Of a stretch of 64,000 nucleotides of DNA, positions 7,850 through 16,924 are shown piece by piece (within the stretch, counting starts at the first letter, position 1; every line of letters starts with the position of its first letter). Made by a program: the position numbers and the translations under genes. Where the stretch lies: positions 9,219 to 73,218 of the IMG/VR virus record IMGVR_UViG_3300034069_000432; one strand, given 5' to 3'. The stretch comes from a virus. A model generated the notes under the pieces. It was given only the letters and a program-made list of their open reading frames with translations. It was not told where the DNA came from and did no database searches.

Positions 7850-8608
7850 ATGTCCACCGAGATCTATGTTCCTGAGCAGCGCAGCCAGGTAGTGAAGTCG
7901 ATCACTACCGACAACAGCATCATGGCTGTCATCAGCCGTGCCGCTGCCGACCCGACTTGCGACATCGAGAAGATGGAGCGTCTCTTAGCCATGCACGAGC
8001 GGATGCAGGCCAAAACGGCTGAGCAAGCGTTCAACGCTGCAATGGCGCAGATGCAGTGCGAGATCCCGACCGTATTCGAAGCCGCGGTGAATCTCCACAC
8101 CGGCAACGCTTACGCCACCCTGGACGACATTTCCCGGATCGTGAAACCGATCATGCAGAAGCACGGCTTCGCCATCACCTTCAAGGTCGAGAACCTCGAC
8201 GGGGCGATCAGCGTGACCGGAATCCTGATGCACCGGGATGGGCACCGCGAGCAAACAACGATGACCTTGCCGGCCGATATCGGCAAAGGCCGCAACGATG
8301 TGCAAGCGGTTGGCTCGTCGACCACCTACGGCAAGCGCTATGTCATGAGCGCTCTGCTGAACATCACCACGGGCGAAACCAGGGATGACGACGGGCAATC
8401 TTCTGACGGTTCAGAGACCGCCGATATGCGAGCCCAGGTCGTTGAGGACATCCTTGAACGCATCGGACAAACAACCACTCCCGAAGAGCTCAAGGACGTC
8501 TGGCAGGCAAGCCTGAAGGTCCTGCAGGCATCGGGTGACACGAACGGCTACTCGAAAGTGAAGACTGCGGTTACCGTCCACAAAGCCAAGTTGGAGGCTC
8601 CTCAATGA
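7850..8608 (+). CDS. erf: ERF-family single-strand annealing protein
   Basis: YATLDDISRIVKPIMQKHG and GSSTTYGKRY motifs. Confidence 0.9.
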   Translation: MSTEIYVPEQRSQVVKSITTDNSIMAVISRAAADPTCDIEKMERLLAMHERMQAKTAEQAFNAAMAQMQCEIPTVFEAAVNLHTGNAYATLDDISRIVKPIMQKHGFAITFKVENLDGAISVTGILMHRDGHREQTTMTLPADIGKGRNDVQAVGSSTTYGKRYVMSALLNITTGETRDDDGQSSDGSETADMRAQVVEDILERIGQTTTPEELKDVWQASLKVLQASGDTNGYSKVKTAVTVHKAKLEAPQ

Positions 8609-9372
8609 TCGTCGTCAATTGCACCCAAGGCTCACCCGAGTGGCTTCAGGGCCGCGCCGGCGTGATCACCGCCAGCATGTTCAGCACCGCCCGCGCCAAG
8701 GTGAACGGGCTTAACGCACAGCAGAGGAAGTACGTAGACGCGATGCTTGCCGGAAAAGGCGAGACAAAGGCGATGGAGTTGGCCGGCTACAAGGCAGGGC
8801 CGAAAGCAGAGGTCGTGCAGCGGGCTTTAGATGGTGAAACCGTAGGCGAGCCATCAAATGCAGCGCTCACCTACGCATTCGAGCTGGCGGTGGAGCGTAT
8901 CGGCGGCACGCCACTGGATAACGGCTTTGAAACATGGCAGATGCGCCGAGGCCACGAGCTGGAGCCTGAGGCTCGCATGGAGCACGAGATCAAGACAGGC
9001 CTAATCGTCACTCAGGTGGGATTGGTTAAAACCGATGATGAGGCGTTCGGCGCGAGTGCCGATGGGTTCATCGGCGAGGACGGGGGCAGCGAATATAAGT
9101 GCTTTCTCGCACCCGACAAGTTGCGCGCCTTCCATATCGACAATGACGCCAGCGAGGTGATCGATCAAGTGCAGGGTTGCATGTGGATCACCGGGCGAAA
9201 GTGGTGGCACATCGGGATGTACTGCCCGCTTCTTAGGCCGGTCGGCAGGCAGCTCTGGCTGCAAGAGTTTAAGCGCGACGACGACTACATCGAAAAGCTT
9301 GAGCAGGACCTCTGGGAATTCAAGCTCCTGGTGGACGGCTACGAGCAAAAGCTCAGGAGTAAGGCAGCATGA
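8605..9372 (+). CDS. YqaJ/lambda-type exonuclease
   Basis: [44 protein letters not shown]. Confidence 0.9.
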   Translation: MIVVNCTQGSPEWLQGRAGVITASMFSTARAKVNGLNAQQRKYVDAMLAGKGETKAMELAGYKAGPKAEVVQRALDGETVGEPSNAALTYAFELAVERIGGTPLDNGFETWQMRRGHELEPEARMEHEIKTGLIVTQVGLVKTDDEAFGASADGFIGEDGGSEYKCFLAPDKLRAFHIDNDASEVIDQVQGCMWITGRKWWHIGMYCPLLRPVGRQLWLQEFKRDDDYIEKLEQDLWEFKLLVDGYEQKLRSKAA

Positions 9373-9872
9373 GAGGCGTGAACAAAGTCATCCTGGTGGG
9401 AACATGCGGGCAAGACCCCGATGTCCGCTACATGCCCAACGGCAACGCAGTGACAAGCCTGAGCTTGGCAACCAGCGAGCAATGGACCGACAAACAAACC
9501 GGTCAGAAGGTCGAGAAGACCGAATGGCACCGGGTTTCGCTGTTCGGGAAGGTCGCCGAGATCGCCGGGGAGTGGCTGAAGAAAGGATCGCAGGTCTACA
9601 TCGAGGGCAAGCTGCAAACCCGCGAGTGGGAGAAAGACGGCATCAAGCGCTACACCACAGAAATCATCGTGGACATGCAAGGAACAATGCAGCTGCTCGG
9701 CGGAAAGCCGCAGGACGGCCAGCATCGCCAAGCACATCCGCAGGCAGCAGCAGCGCGCCAGCAGCCACGTCAGCAGCAGGCAGCGCCGCAACAAAGCCAG
9801 CAAGGCGCGCCGCCGGATGACTTCGATGACGACATTCCGTTCTTTCCTGTGCACTACCTCGCCGGAGTCTAG
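9369..9872 (+). CDS. ssb: Single-stranded DNA-binding protein
   Basis: [11 protein letters not shown]...KTEWHRV...EGKLQTREW; DDDIPF near C-terminus. Confidence 0.97.
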   Translation: MRGVNKVILVGTCGQDPDVRYMPNGNAVTSLSLATSEQWTDKQTGQKVEKTEWHRVSLFGKVAEIAGEWLKKGSQVYIEGKLQTREWEKDGIKRYTTEIIVDMQGTMQLLGGKPQDGQHRQAHPQAAAARQQPRQQQAAPQQSQQGAPPDDFDDDIPFFPVHYLAGV

Positions 9873-9874
9873 CC

Positions 9875-10561
9875 ATGCACATCAGCCTTGAGTTGAGCAG
9901 CATCCAGCACAACAGCATCCAGTCGGCGGAGATTGCCGCGGCCGTCGCAGAGTACGAGCGCGGCGGCGGCGTCATCCACAAACTGGAAACCACGCAGCGG
10001 GTTGCGCTGCCCTTTAACAGCGAAACGATCGCCTACGGCTACAAGACGGCCGGCCAGAGTGAGCGCAAGGCGCAGGAGGCGCTGGCGCTTGAGCGGCGCA
10101 CCGTCGAGCAGCTCAGGACTCTTGCCAGCCTTGGGCTGAAGGCTGCCGCGGCGCAGATCGGCGTCAGCTCGACGCGCCTCGGGCATCTTGCTAAGGAATA
10201 CGGGGTCACCTTCCCATCCAAAGTAAGACCGGCCTCGCCCTTGGCGCTCAAGCGTGAAGCAGAAGCATTGCTGGTGCCGGACATCACGCGTCGATTTGCC
10301 GAAGGCGCAAACCAGCAAACTGTGATTCGGGAGTTCGGTCTGACTCGCGAGCGGCTGGTGAGAATGGCGAAGCACCACTGCTTTGACCTGCCCGGCGCCG
10401 TCGATGAGGAAGCAGACCGCAAGCTGGTCGAGCGCATCAAGGCCTTCAGTGAACTCGGCGTGCCGCGCACCACCTGCGCCAAATGCATGGGGATCAGCCA
10501 GAAGAAGCTCTGGCGGATCATCGACACCTACTCTGTCCACTACCCGTTGAAGCCCAAGTGA
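9875..10561 (+). CDS. Hypothetical protein with repeated HTH-like segments
   Basis: AAAQIGVSSTRL, CAKCMGISQKKL. Confidence 0.7.
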   Translation: MHISLELSSIQHNSIQSAEIAAAVAEYERGGGVIHKLETTQRVALPFNSETIAYGYKTAGQSERKAQEALALERRTVEQLRTLASLGLKAAAAQIGVSSTRLGHLAKEYGVTFPSKVRPASPLALKREAEALLVPDITRRFAEGANQQTVIREFGLTRERLVRMAKHHCFDLPGAVDEEADRKLVERIKAFSELGVPRTTCAKCMGISQKKLWRIIDTYSVHYPLKPK

Positions 10562-10636
10562 AAAGAAACGCACCCCAGCGCCGCAAACGTGCGGCACAAC
10601 ACCACCTCCCACCCAGCGGACTCAAGGAGGCAGAAC

Positions 10637-10969
10637 ATGGGAATCGCATCGTCGGGCGTCGTCACCCTTCCCTCCTGGATGAGGTCAGTCAAGAAGCTCT
10701 ACAACACCCGCAGCGGCGGGCAGTACCGGCCGGAGGATGTTGCGCTGGTCTTCGCGCTGAGTCTGCGGACACATAACAGCGCTGACGAGCTGCGCAAGTT
10801 GGCCTGGCGGCTCGTGGACAAGGTCTGCCTTGAGCATCAGCCGAACATGAAGCGCCTGAGCCGCGAGCCGGATGACGCGAAGGTGTTCGACGCCGCTTTG
10901 CGCATCATCAATCGCGTTTGCTCGATGCTGAACTGCGGCGAAGGGTCATTTGAACGGAGTAATGAGTGA
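10637..10969 (+). CDS. Hypothetical phage protein
   Basis: AAGGAGG RBS before MGIASSG. Confidence 0.7.
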   Translation: MGIASSGVVTLPSWMRSVKKLYNTRSGGQYRPEDVALVFALSLRTHNSADELRKLAWRLVDKVCLEHQPNMKRLSREPDDAKVFDAALRIINRVCSMLNCGEGSFERSNE

Positions 10970-11280
10970 TGGCAATGACCCAACAGCAGCGCGACGAGAA
11001 GGCAGCGCTGAAACGCAAGGCGCTCGGCGAGGAAGAGCTGAGGCTGCGGGTTCGGCCGGGAACCAAGCAAGCCCTCGCTGAGCTGATGGCCTGGGCAGAG
11101 ATTGAGGAGCAAGGCGAAGCGCTGACGGTGATGATTCACCGGCTTCACGAATTAGGGCCTGATCGGGCCCTGCCGCTGCTTGAGGTGCCGCGCCACGAAA
11201 TAACGATATCCCCTGCTGTGGCGCGGCGTCTTGAGCTTGCCTACAACCGCGAGTCGCTGCGCATTTCTTACGACGCATAA
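10966..11280 (+). CDS. Hypothetical phage protein
   Basis: EEELRLRVRPGT motif, coupled start. Confidence 0.7.
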   Translation: MMAMTQQQRDEKAALKRKALGEEELRLRVRPGTKQALAELMAWAEIEEQGEALTVMIHRLHELGPDRALPLLEVPRHEITISPAVARRLELAYNRESLRISYDA

Positions 11281-11340
11281 CTAAATCCCACCACCAGCCA
11301 CCGAACCTTCGGAGGCCATCACCTGCACGGGAGCATCACC

Positions 11341-11535
11341 ATGAAACCCAACAAACTGAAGCTCGACCCCAATGGCCCGTGGGAACCAACGTGCTGGGTG
11401 GGTGATGGACCTGCTGTACCTCTGGCGAAACTCGATGATGGCAGCCGGCGCAAGTATGCGGGCATGAAGGCCATTGCCGCGATCATGCGGGCAAAGCGTG
11501 TGCCGTTCTCTGCCGACGGTGGAGTTGAGACGTGA
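11341..11535 (+). CDS. Hypothetical protein
   Basis: GGGAG RBS; GTGA coupling to methyltransferase. Confidence 0.6.
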   Translation: MKPNKLKLDPNGPWEPTCWVGDGPAVPLAKLDDGSRRKYAGMKAIAAIMRAKRVPFSADGGVET

Positions 11536-12299
11536 CCTACGAACTGCACCTGGGCGATTGCCTTGAAGTACTGCAATCAATCCCGGACGCCAGCGTCGAC
11601 ATGGTGCTGGCCGACTTGCCTTACGGCACGACGCAGTGTGCGTGGGACGTGATCATCCCGTTCCCACCACTCTGGGCGCAGTACTTGCGAATCGCGAAAC
11701 CAGAAGCGGCAATCGTCCTGTGCGCGGCCCAGCCGTTCGCATCACTGGTGGTGGCGAGCAACCCGGAGCACTACCGGTACGAATGGATCTGGGAGAAAGG
11801 CAACGCGACCGGTTTTCTCAACGCTAAGAAGCAGCCTTTGCGCGCGCACGAAAGCGCTCAGGTGTTCTACCGGCGCCAGCCTGTCTACAACCCACAGATG
11901 TCCGGCGGCCACCAGCGGCGCACCGCGAAACGGAAGACGGTCAACTCGGAGTGCTACGGCAAAGCCCTGGCGCTCACCGAATATGACTCGACAGACCGGT
12001 ACCCGCGTTCGGTGCAGTTCTTTTCGAGCGACAAGCAGACCGCGAACTACCACCCCACGCAAAAGCCTGTTGCATGGATGGCGTTTCTCGTCAGCACCTA
12101 CACCAACCCGGGAATGACAGTACTCGACAACACCATGGGCAGCGGCACGACAGGTATCGCCTGCCAGCAGCTCGGTCGACGCTTTATCGGCATTGAGCAA
12201 GACGAGCAGATCTTTCAAACAGCCACCGACCGGATGCGCGACGAGCAAATCAGGCTTTCAACTCCTGAACCGCAGATCGATCTGTTCGGTACCGCCTGA
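11532..12299 (+). CDS. DNA amino-methyltransferase (N6A/N4C, beta class)
   Basis: LGDCLEVL, DLPYG (motif IV), HPTQKP, VLDNTMGSGTTG (motif I). Confidence 0.93.
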   Translation: MTYELHLGDCLEVLQSIPDASVDMVLADLPYGTTQCAWDVIIPFPPLWAQYLRIAKPEAAIVLCAAQPFASLVVASNPEHYRYEWIWEKGNATGFLNAKKQPLRAHESAQVFYRRQPVYNPQMSGGHQRRTAKRKTVNSECYGKALALTEYDSTDRYPRSVQFFSSDKQTANYHPTQKPVAWMAFLVSTYTNPGMTVLDNTMGSGTTGIACQQLGRRFIGIEQDEQIFQTATDRMRDEQIRLSTPEPQIDLFGTA

Positions 12300-12345
12300 A
12301 CCCTTCCCAACTTTGAATCACGCCACTGGCGACACGGAGGAACCC

Positions 12346-13113
12346 ATGCACGTTCTGTTCTGCAGTTACGGAAATGATTCAATCGCACTGATCCAGTGGG
12401 CGCACGAAAATCAGCTGAAGGACGTTACATGCCTGTACTCAGACACCGGCTGGGCGGCAAAAGAATGGCCGGAGCGCGTAGCCCGCGGCGAAGCGCTAGC
12501 CCAGCATTATGGTTTCCGTACTGTGCAGACCAAGTCCGAGGGGATGGTCGCCTTGGTAAAGCGTAAGCGTGGCTGGCCGGGTGCCGGTGGGCAGGGTCAG
12601 TTCTGCACTGCCGAGCTCAAGGTGCAGCCTGCCTTATCGTGGCTTGATGAGCATGATCCGGACAAGCAGGCAACGGCGATGACGGGCGTTCGCAGATCCG
12701 AAAGCGCGCATCGATCTGACGCTCCAGAACATGTGGTCGAATCGGAGCGGCATGGCGGTAGGGAATTGTGGCAGCCGCTGGTCCGCCATGATGACGCGAT
12801 GCGCAACCAGTTGCTGTTTCGGGCAGGATTCGAGCCTCTGCCTCACCGTTCAAATGAATGCTATCCCTGCATCAACGCAAACATTGACGAACTCCGGCTA
12901 CTCACTGAGGACCGGATAAAGATTATCGACATCACCGAGCAAGAGCTTGGCTTCACAAAAAATGGCAAAGCCAGGGTGATGTTCAGGTCCGGTCGCCGAA
13001 AGAACGCTGTCGGTATTCGCGCTGTTTTGAAATGGGCCGAGGCGCCCAGGGCACGGGACCAGATGCAGCTGTTCCCGATCAATAAGTGCGATTCCGGATA
13101 CTGCGGCGGCTAA
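12346..13113 (+). CDS. PAPS-reductase-family (PP-loop adenine nucleotide alpha hydrolase) protein
   Basis: CSYGNDS PP-loop, FCTAELK, TGVRRSES, ECYPC; GGAGG RBS. Confidence 0.85.
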   Translation: MHVLFCSYGNDSIALIQWAHENQLKDVTCLYSDTGWAAKEWPERVARGEALAQHYGFRTVQTKSEGMVALVKRKRGWPGAGGQGQFCTAELKVQPALSWLDEHDPDKQATAMTGVRRSESAHRSDAPEHVVESERHGGRELWQPLVRHDDAMRNQLLFRAGFEPLPHRSNECYPCINANIDELRLLTEDRIKIIDITEQELGFTKNGKARVMFRSGRRKNAVGIRAVLKWAEAPRARDQMQLFPINKCDSGYCGG

Positions 13114-13183
13114 TCACTGCGCCATCACGCACCCATCGTTCTCTCTTCTCAACTCTCAATCACGCCATCGGCGAGGTGCTGCC

Positions 13184-13393
13184 ATGCCCGAACCCATCGA
13201 ACCCGTCCCGCGCGTCCGAGCCACCGTATTCCCGGGCCTGGACGGCAATCACCGCATCAGCCTTCACTGGTTCCATCAGATTCATCTGACACCCGCTGAA
13301 GCGCTATCCGTAGCCAGAGAAATCAACCAATACGCCATCGACGCCATGCGGGCTGACGGTGAGCGGGAGGAAGTGAGCCATGAATCAATGTAA
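13184..13393 (+). CDS. Hypothetical protein
   Basis: GAGGTG RBS. Confidence 0.6.
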   Translation: MPEPIEPVPRVRATVFPGLDGNHRISLHWFHQIHLTPAEALSVAREINQYAIDAMRADGEREEVSHESM

Positions 13394-14252
13394 GCGTTTG
13401 AGCGATTGCCCGGCAGAGCGGTTGGCGCAGTGTCGCGGTGAGCCTGTGCCGCCTGCTGGCGGCGTGCAGTTTGTCGGCTATCCACCAGTGCCAGAAGATC
13501 GCAAGTTGCCGCCTGCTGGCGATGTGGAATGCGCCATCTGCTTAAGCCTCGGCGACCAGTGCGTAACGTGCGAGGAATCAGAATTCAAGGCTTGGGCCGA
13601 AAAGCACTTCGCGTCGCCTGATTACAGTCAGACCTCGGCAGGCGTTTTCATCAAAGACTGGATGCGCCACTCGTTCGCGGCATGGCAGGCACGATCGAAG
13701 GTCGTCACCCGCCTGACCGCCGAGCGTGACGGGCTTCTGGAAAAACTTGCGGATACCGAAGAATGCTACCGATCCGCCGCCCAAAGAACTGACCTTTATG
13801 GGGAAGAACTTAAATCAACGTCAGACGAACTGACCAAGGCGCGGGAGCTGCTCTTGCACATGCAGAAATACTCGAACAAATACCCGACATCGCCAATCGT
13901 TGAATACAAAAAACAGATTGCTGAAGTGCTGGGCAGCCAAACCGCCAACTTCATCGCCTGCAAAGTCGACGAGAGCTGCGGGCAAGATGCAGAAGCGGCG
14001 AAGGGGGTATTCAACGATCCTCTCTATAACGCTGAATCCGATGCCCGCAATGCGGCTGCAATGCTTGAAGAGGTGCTTGAGTTTTACGACGACGGGGTCG
14101 GCAGAAGCGCCGAGGAGTTCAAGCTGATGCGCAAGATCGGGGATTGGCTGGGAAGAAGCGTCCCGGAAATCGAGCATGGCGCTGATGAGTGCGCTCACAG
14201 TGAGGCGAACAAAATCGGTTGTCCCGAATGCGGGAAGGAGTTCAAGGCATGA
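13380..14252 (+). CDS. Mosaic hypothetical protein (Ea22-like accessory type)
   Basis: EFKAWAEK, coiled-coil, ends CPECGKEF. Confidence 0.65.
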   Translation: MNQCKRLSDCPAERLAQCRGEPVPPAGGVQFVGYPPVPEDRKLPPAGDVECAICLSLGDQCVTCEESEFKAWAEKHFASPDYSQTSAGVFIKDWMRHSFAAWQARSKVVTRLTAERDGLLEKLADTEECYRSAAQRTDLYGEELKSTSDELTKARELLLHMQKYSNKYPTSPIVEYKKQIAEVLGSQTANFIACKVDESCGQDAEAAKGVFNDPLYNAESDARNAAAMLEEVLEFYDDGVGRSAEEFKLMRKIGDWLGRSVPEIEHGADECAHSEANKIGCPECGKEFKA

Positions 14253-14833
14253 ACAAGACAGTCGAACTTTTGCCTTGCCCGTTTTGCGGGAATGACGAGC
14301 TGACCGCCGAGCCCGAAACGACATACGTCATGTGTCACGGCTGTGATGCGGACGGCCCAATGACAAAGCCCGGTGAAGCTCTAAAAGCATGGAACAGCCG
14401 CCCCGCCCCTGCCGAGGATGTCCGCGCAGTGGGGGAGGAGCCGGTAGCCTATGTGATGCCTTCCCAGATTGATGCTATGCAATCCATAGGATGGATGCAT
14501 GCATCTCGGGATAGGGGGCGGACAGGCCTTGAGGTGGCGCTTTACCGCCGCCCTCCCCGGCTGGGCGTGCCGAGCGAATGCCCACTAGGCTACGGCCATG
14601 AAGGTCATTGGTGTGGCCAAGAATACAATTGCTGGCTTGATCCACGTGGACGCAAAGAGCGGGATGAGGATTTCGAGCGCCGCAAAAGTGCAGACTCGCA
14701 GCGCCCGGTCGTGTTGCCGAAATTCAATGATTGGTATGCGAAGAACATCGGCGTTCTCGGAACAGCTTCGGCGAAGCATGACGAATCAGTGTGGCGAGCC
14801 TGCCTGGATGCGGTCGAGGAGCTGAACAAATGA
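14249..14833 (+). CDS. Lar-family restriction alleviation domain protein
   Basis: ELLPCPFCG...CHGC...ALKAWNSR at N-terminus. Confidence 0.8.
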   Translation: MNKTVELLPCPFCGNDELTAEPETTYVMCHGCDADGPMTKPGEALKAWNSRPAPAEDVRAVGEEPVAYVMPSQIDAMQSIGWMHASRDRGRTGLEVALYRRPPRLGVPSECPLGYGHEGHWCGQEYNCWLDPRGRKERDEDFERRKSADSQRPVVLPKFNDWYAKNIGVLGTASAKHDESVWRACLDAVEELNK

Positions 14834-14994
14834 CCGCAGGCCGTCCACGCCAGCACTCCGTAGAAACCCTAGTGCTGGCCTACGAACTCCACACCGAGGG
14901 CGTCTCATGGCGCCGTATAGAGCGAATCCTAGGCGCCGGCGTGCACAACGCTGTGCGCTGGGCCAAGCGAAGAGGAATCCGACATGCAAGATAA
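14830..14994 (+). CDS. Small HTH-like protein
   Basis: GRPR...GVSWRRIERILG. Confidence 0.6.
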   Translation: MTAGRPRQHSVETLVLAYELHTEGVSWRRIERILGAGVHNAVRWAKRRGIRHAR

Positions 14995-15199
14995 CAGCCG
15001 CTATGCGGATACGTCTCAGGCGCGCGAGGTTGATGCGGGCTCGCGTGAGCGGGGATATGATCCATTCCATCCGGATAACCCTGACCTGACGGATTGCTCC
15101 GCTTTAAAACAGCGCCAGCAGGCTGAGGATGAATCGCGGCGGGCTCGCATGGCTATAGCTATGGGTCAGCTCGAGGCGTTTTTCGGGGCCAGGCCATGA
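14984..15199 (+). CDS. Hypothetical protein
   Basis: GAGG RBS, coupled. Confidence 0.55.
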   Translation: MQDNSRYADTSQAREVDAGSRERGYDPFHPDNPDLTDCSALKQRQQAEDESRRARMAIAMGQLEAFFGARP

Positions 15200-15462
15200 G
15201 CGCGCGTATTGAGTGGAGCAATGACATGGCGACCACGCACCCACGGCGGTCGGGTCAGCTTCCGAAAAAGGCTGTCCACTGGATTGGGGAGATTTGGCTG
15301 CTGCTGCCATCCGGTGAAAAGGACATCCGATCGTTCCGCACGAATAACCCTCTAAGTACCGGTCATGTGCAGGTAGTGTTAGGTCAGCTTCTGGATCGGC
15401 TGGTGGGCGAGCACGGTAAAGAATCGGCGGTGTCGTCCGGCTTCTGGTGCAAATCGAGATGA
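15196..15462 (+). CDS. Hypothetical protein
   Basis: ATGA coupling both ends. Confidence 0.6.
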   Translation: MSARIEWSNDMATTHPRRSGQLPKKAVHWIGEIWLLLPSGEKDIRSFRTNNPLSTGHVQVVLGQLLDRLVGEHGKESAVSSGFWCKSR

Positions 15463-15605
15463 ATTCACGCAAGGGCAAGCTCATGCACGGAGCTCTCGAT
15501 ACCCCATATCTCTGCGACCAATGCCAGCGGCCGCGCGGCCATGGCAACCATCATAAATGCTCAAAGCGCCGGCAGGAGTTTCACAATGGCTCACGACCCA
15601 GTTAA
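15459..15605 (+). CDS. Mini Cys/His (zinc-finger-like) protein, copy 1
   Basis: YLCDQCQRPRGHGNHHKCSKRRQ; homologues at 26502 and 47756; not in ORF track. Confidence 0.65.
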   Translation: MNSRKGKLMHGALDTPYLCDQCQRPRGHGNHHKCSKRRQEFHNGSRPS

Positions 15606-15819
15606 TAACCCAGCTCACTATGACCTATTCCCGGGGCAGCAGTCGATCGATGTCATCCAGGCGGCGCTGACGCCAGAAGAGTTCGCGGGATTCTGCAAGG
15701 GAAATTTCCTTAAGTACCGGCTGCGCGCCGGCGAGAAGGGAGACCCTATCCAGTGTCTGGCAAAGGCGAACTGGTACCGCGACAAACTCCGCTCCCCTGT
15801 TGACGAGCCATCCCGCTAA
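15586..15819 (+). CDS. DUF3310-like protein
   Basis: DPVNNPAHY...GFCKGNFLKYRLRAGEKG...LAKANWY. Confidence 0.85.
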   Translation: MAHDPVNNPAHYDLFPGQQSIDVIQAALTPEEFAGFCKGNFLKYRLRAGEKGDPIQCLAKANWYRDKLRSPVDEPSR

Positions 15820-15989
15820 CCGCCATACTCGCCACACGTCGCTGCCTCCCCGTGGGAGGCCGTTAGGGCTGGTCCATCAGACCAGTATCGGAGTTGCTGA
15901 ATCCTCCGTAAACCGCGCTCCCCGTAAGCGCCGAGGCACGCTGTAAGCACGCTGGCAGCCCTCCAGTGCCGAAGATGGGCAACTAATTA

Positions 15990-16060
15990 GCGGGTAAGTA
16001 CAGGGTATTAATCAGCCTTCCAAGCTGATGATTAGGGTTCGATTCCCTATATCCGCTCCA
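15990..16060 (+). tRNA. tRNA-Gly (anticodon TCC), shortened D-arm, encoded CCA
   Basis: Acceptor GCGGGTA/TATCCGC, anticodon arm TCAGC-CTTCCAA-GCTGA, T-arm TAGGG-TTCGATT-CCCTA, TCCA end. Confidence 0.8.
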
Positions 16061-16084
16061 GAACGACCAACGCCAGCGCTGCAC

Positions 16085-16107
16085 AGCCCTCTCCGGAGGG
16101 CTTTTTT
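16085..16107 (+). terminator. Intrinsic terminator after tRNA
   Basis: AGCCCTC-TCCG-GAGGGCT-TTTTT. Confidence 0.85.
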
Positions 16108-16115
16108 ACGCCCAC

Positions 16116-16140
16116 AAAAAACCCGGCGCGGGGGCCGGGT
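16116..16140 (-). terminator. Intrinsic terminator of the convergent methylase/helicase operon
   Basis: AACCCGGC-5nt-GCCGGGTT-TTTT on - strand. Confidence 0.8.
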
Positions 16141-16157
16141 TGGTTTCTCGATGTGTC

Positions 16158-16898
16158 TTATTTTAAATGACGGGCGTTAGCTAAGAATACAGCTTCTGCA
16201 AAACCAGATGGAGTTGCACTTCGAAAGTTTGCGCGGTTAGGACCAGGAGGACACTTGTGCACACGGTCATCCGGATAGAAATCCAATTCTAATCCTGTCA
16301 GCTGCTGTGCTTTCTTCTTCGGTGGCATTTTTCCAGTAATTGTCTTAACGGCAGAGACATCCGCGGCAACGCGAGGATCAAGCCGCGCCGCAGGCATTGC
16401 GAATCCCCCGCCAGTCCAAAGGCATGTCCGCTTCGTGTAGTTATCTTCAATCTGCAGGGCGGTGAACTGGAAGGGGTGGAACGTGTGCTGAGGTTTGCCG
16501 AATATCGAGCTGAATACGCTGACCGGGTTTTCGAAAAACCACGGCGCGCCGGTGATCTGACCAATCACGCGGCACTGCTCGGCGACCAGCGCTGCCTTTG
16601 CCTGGAATTGAGGGTCTCGCGCGAACTTGGCGGCGAAGTGCGGCGTACCAGATACCGCGACATCGGTGCAAGGCGGGAACCCTGCGACGAACTCAACGCA
16701 ACCGCTGCTCACGGCCTCGCGAATCACTCTCCAAGATTCTGGGTGATTGATGATGTAACCCACTTTTGTGATTGCGCCGGCTTTATTAACGCCTTCTGGG
16801 TGTTGAGGGTCTATGAGGATTGCTTTATAGCCGGCATTGACCCATGGTTCAACCATGGCTCCGGTAAGGTCGCATAGGGAAATAATAATGTTATTCAT
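16158..16898 (-). CDS. C5-cytosine DNA methyltransferase (short phage type)
   Basis: ISLCDLTG (motif I-like), AGFPPCTD (PC), FFENPV (ENV), RSATPSGFAEA. Confidence 0.8.
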   Translation of the reverse strand: MNNIIISLCDLTGAMVEPWVNAGYKAILIDPQHPEGVNKAGAITKVGYIINHPESWRVIREAVSSGCVEFVAGFPPCTDVAVSGTPHFAAKFARDPQFQAKAALVAEQCRVIGQITGAPWFFENPVSVFSSIFGKPQHTFHPFQFTALQIEDNYTKRTCLWTGGGFAMPAARLDPRVAADVSAVKTITGKMPPKKKAQQLTGLELDFYPDDRVHKCPPGPNRANFRSATPSGFAEAVFLANARHLK

Positions 16899-16924
16899 GC
16901 TGAATCTCTCGGGATTATGGTGGA

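Noticed and set aside
12346-13113. PAPS reductase as an auxiliary sulfur-metabolism gene (cysH)
   Set aside because: No other cys genes are present, the canonical C-terminal ECGLH motif is absent, and the context is DNA modification and anti-restriction.
15990-16060. tRNA as a mere att-site remnant
   Set aside because: The 5' and 3' acceptor strands pair fully and the T-stem is self-consistent; no duplicate 3' end or integrase is in the window. It cannot be fully excluded without flanking sequence.
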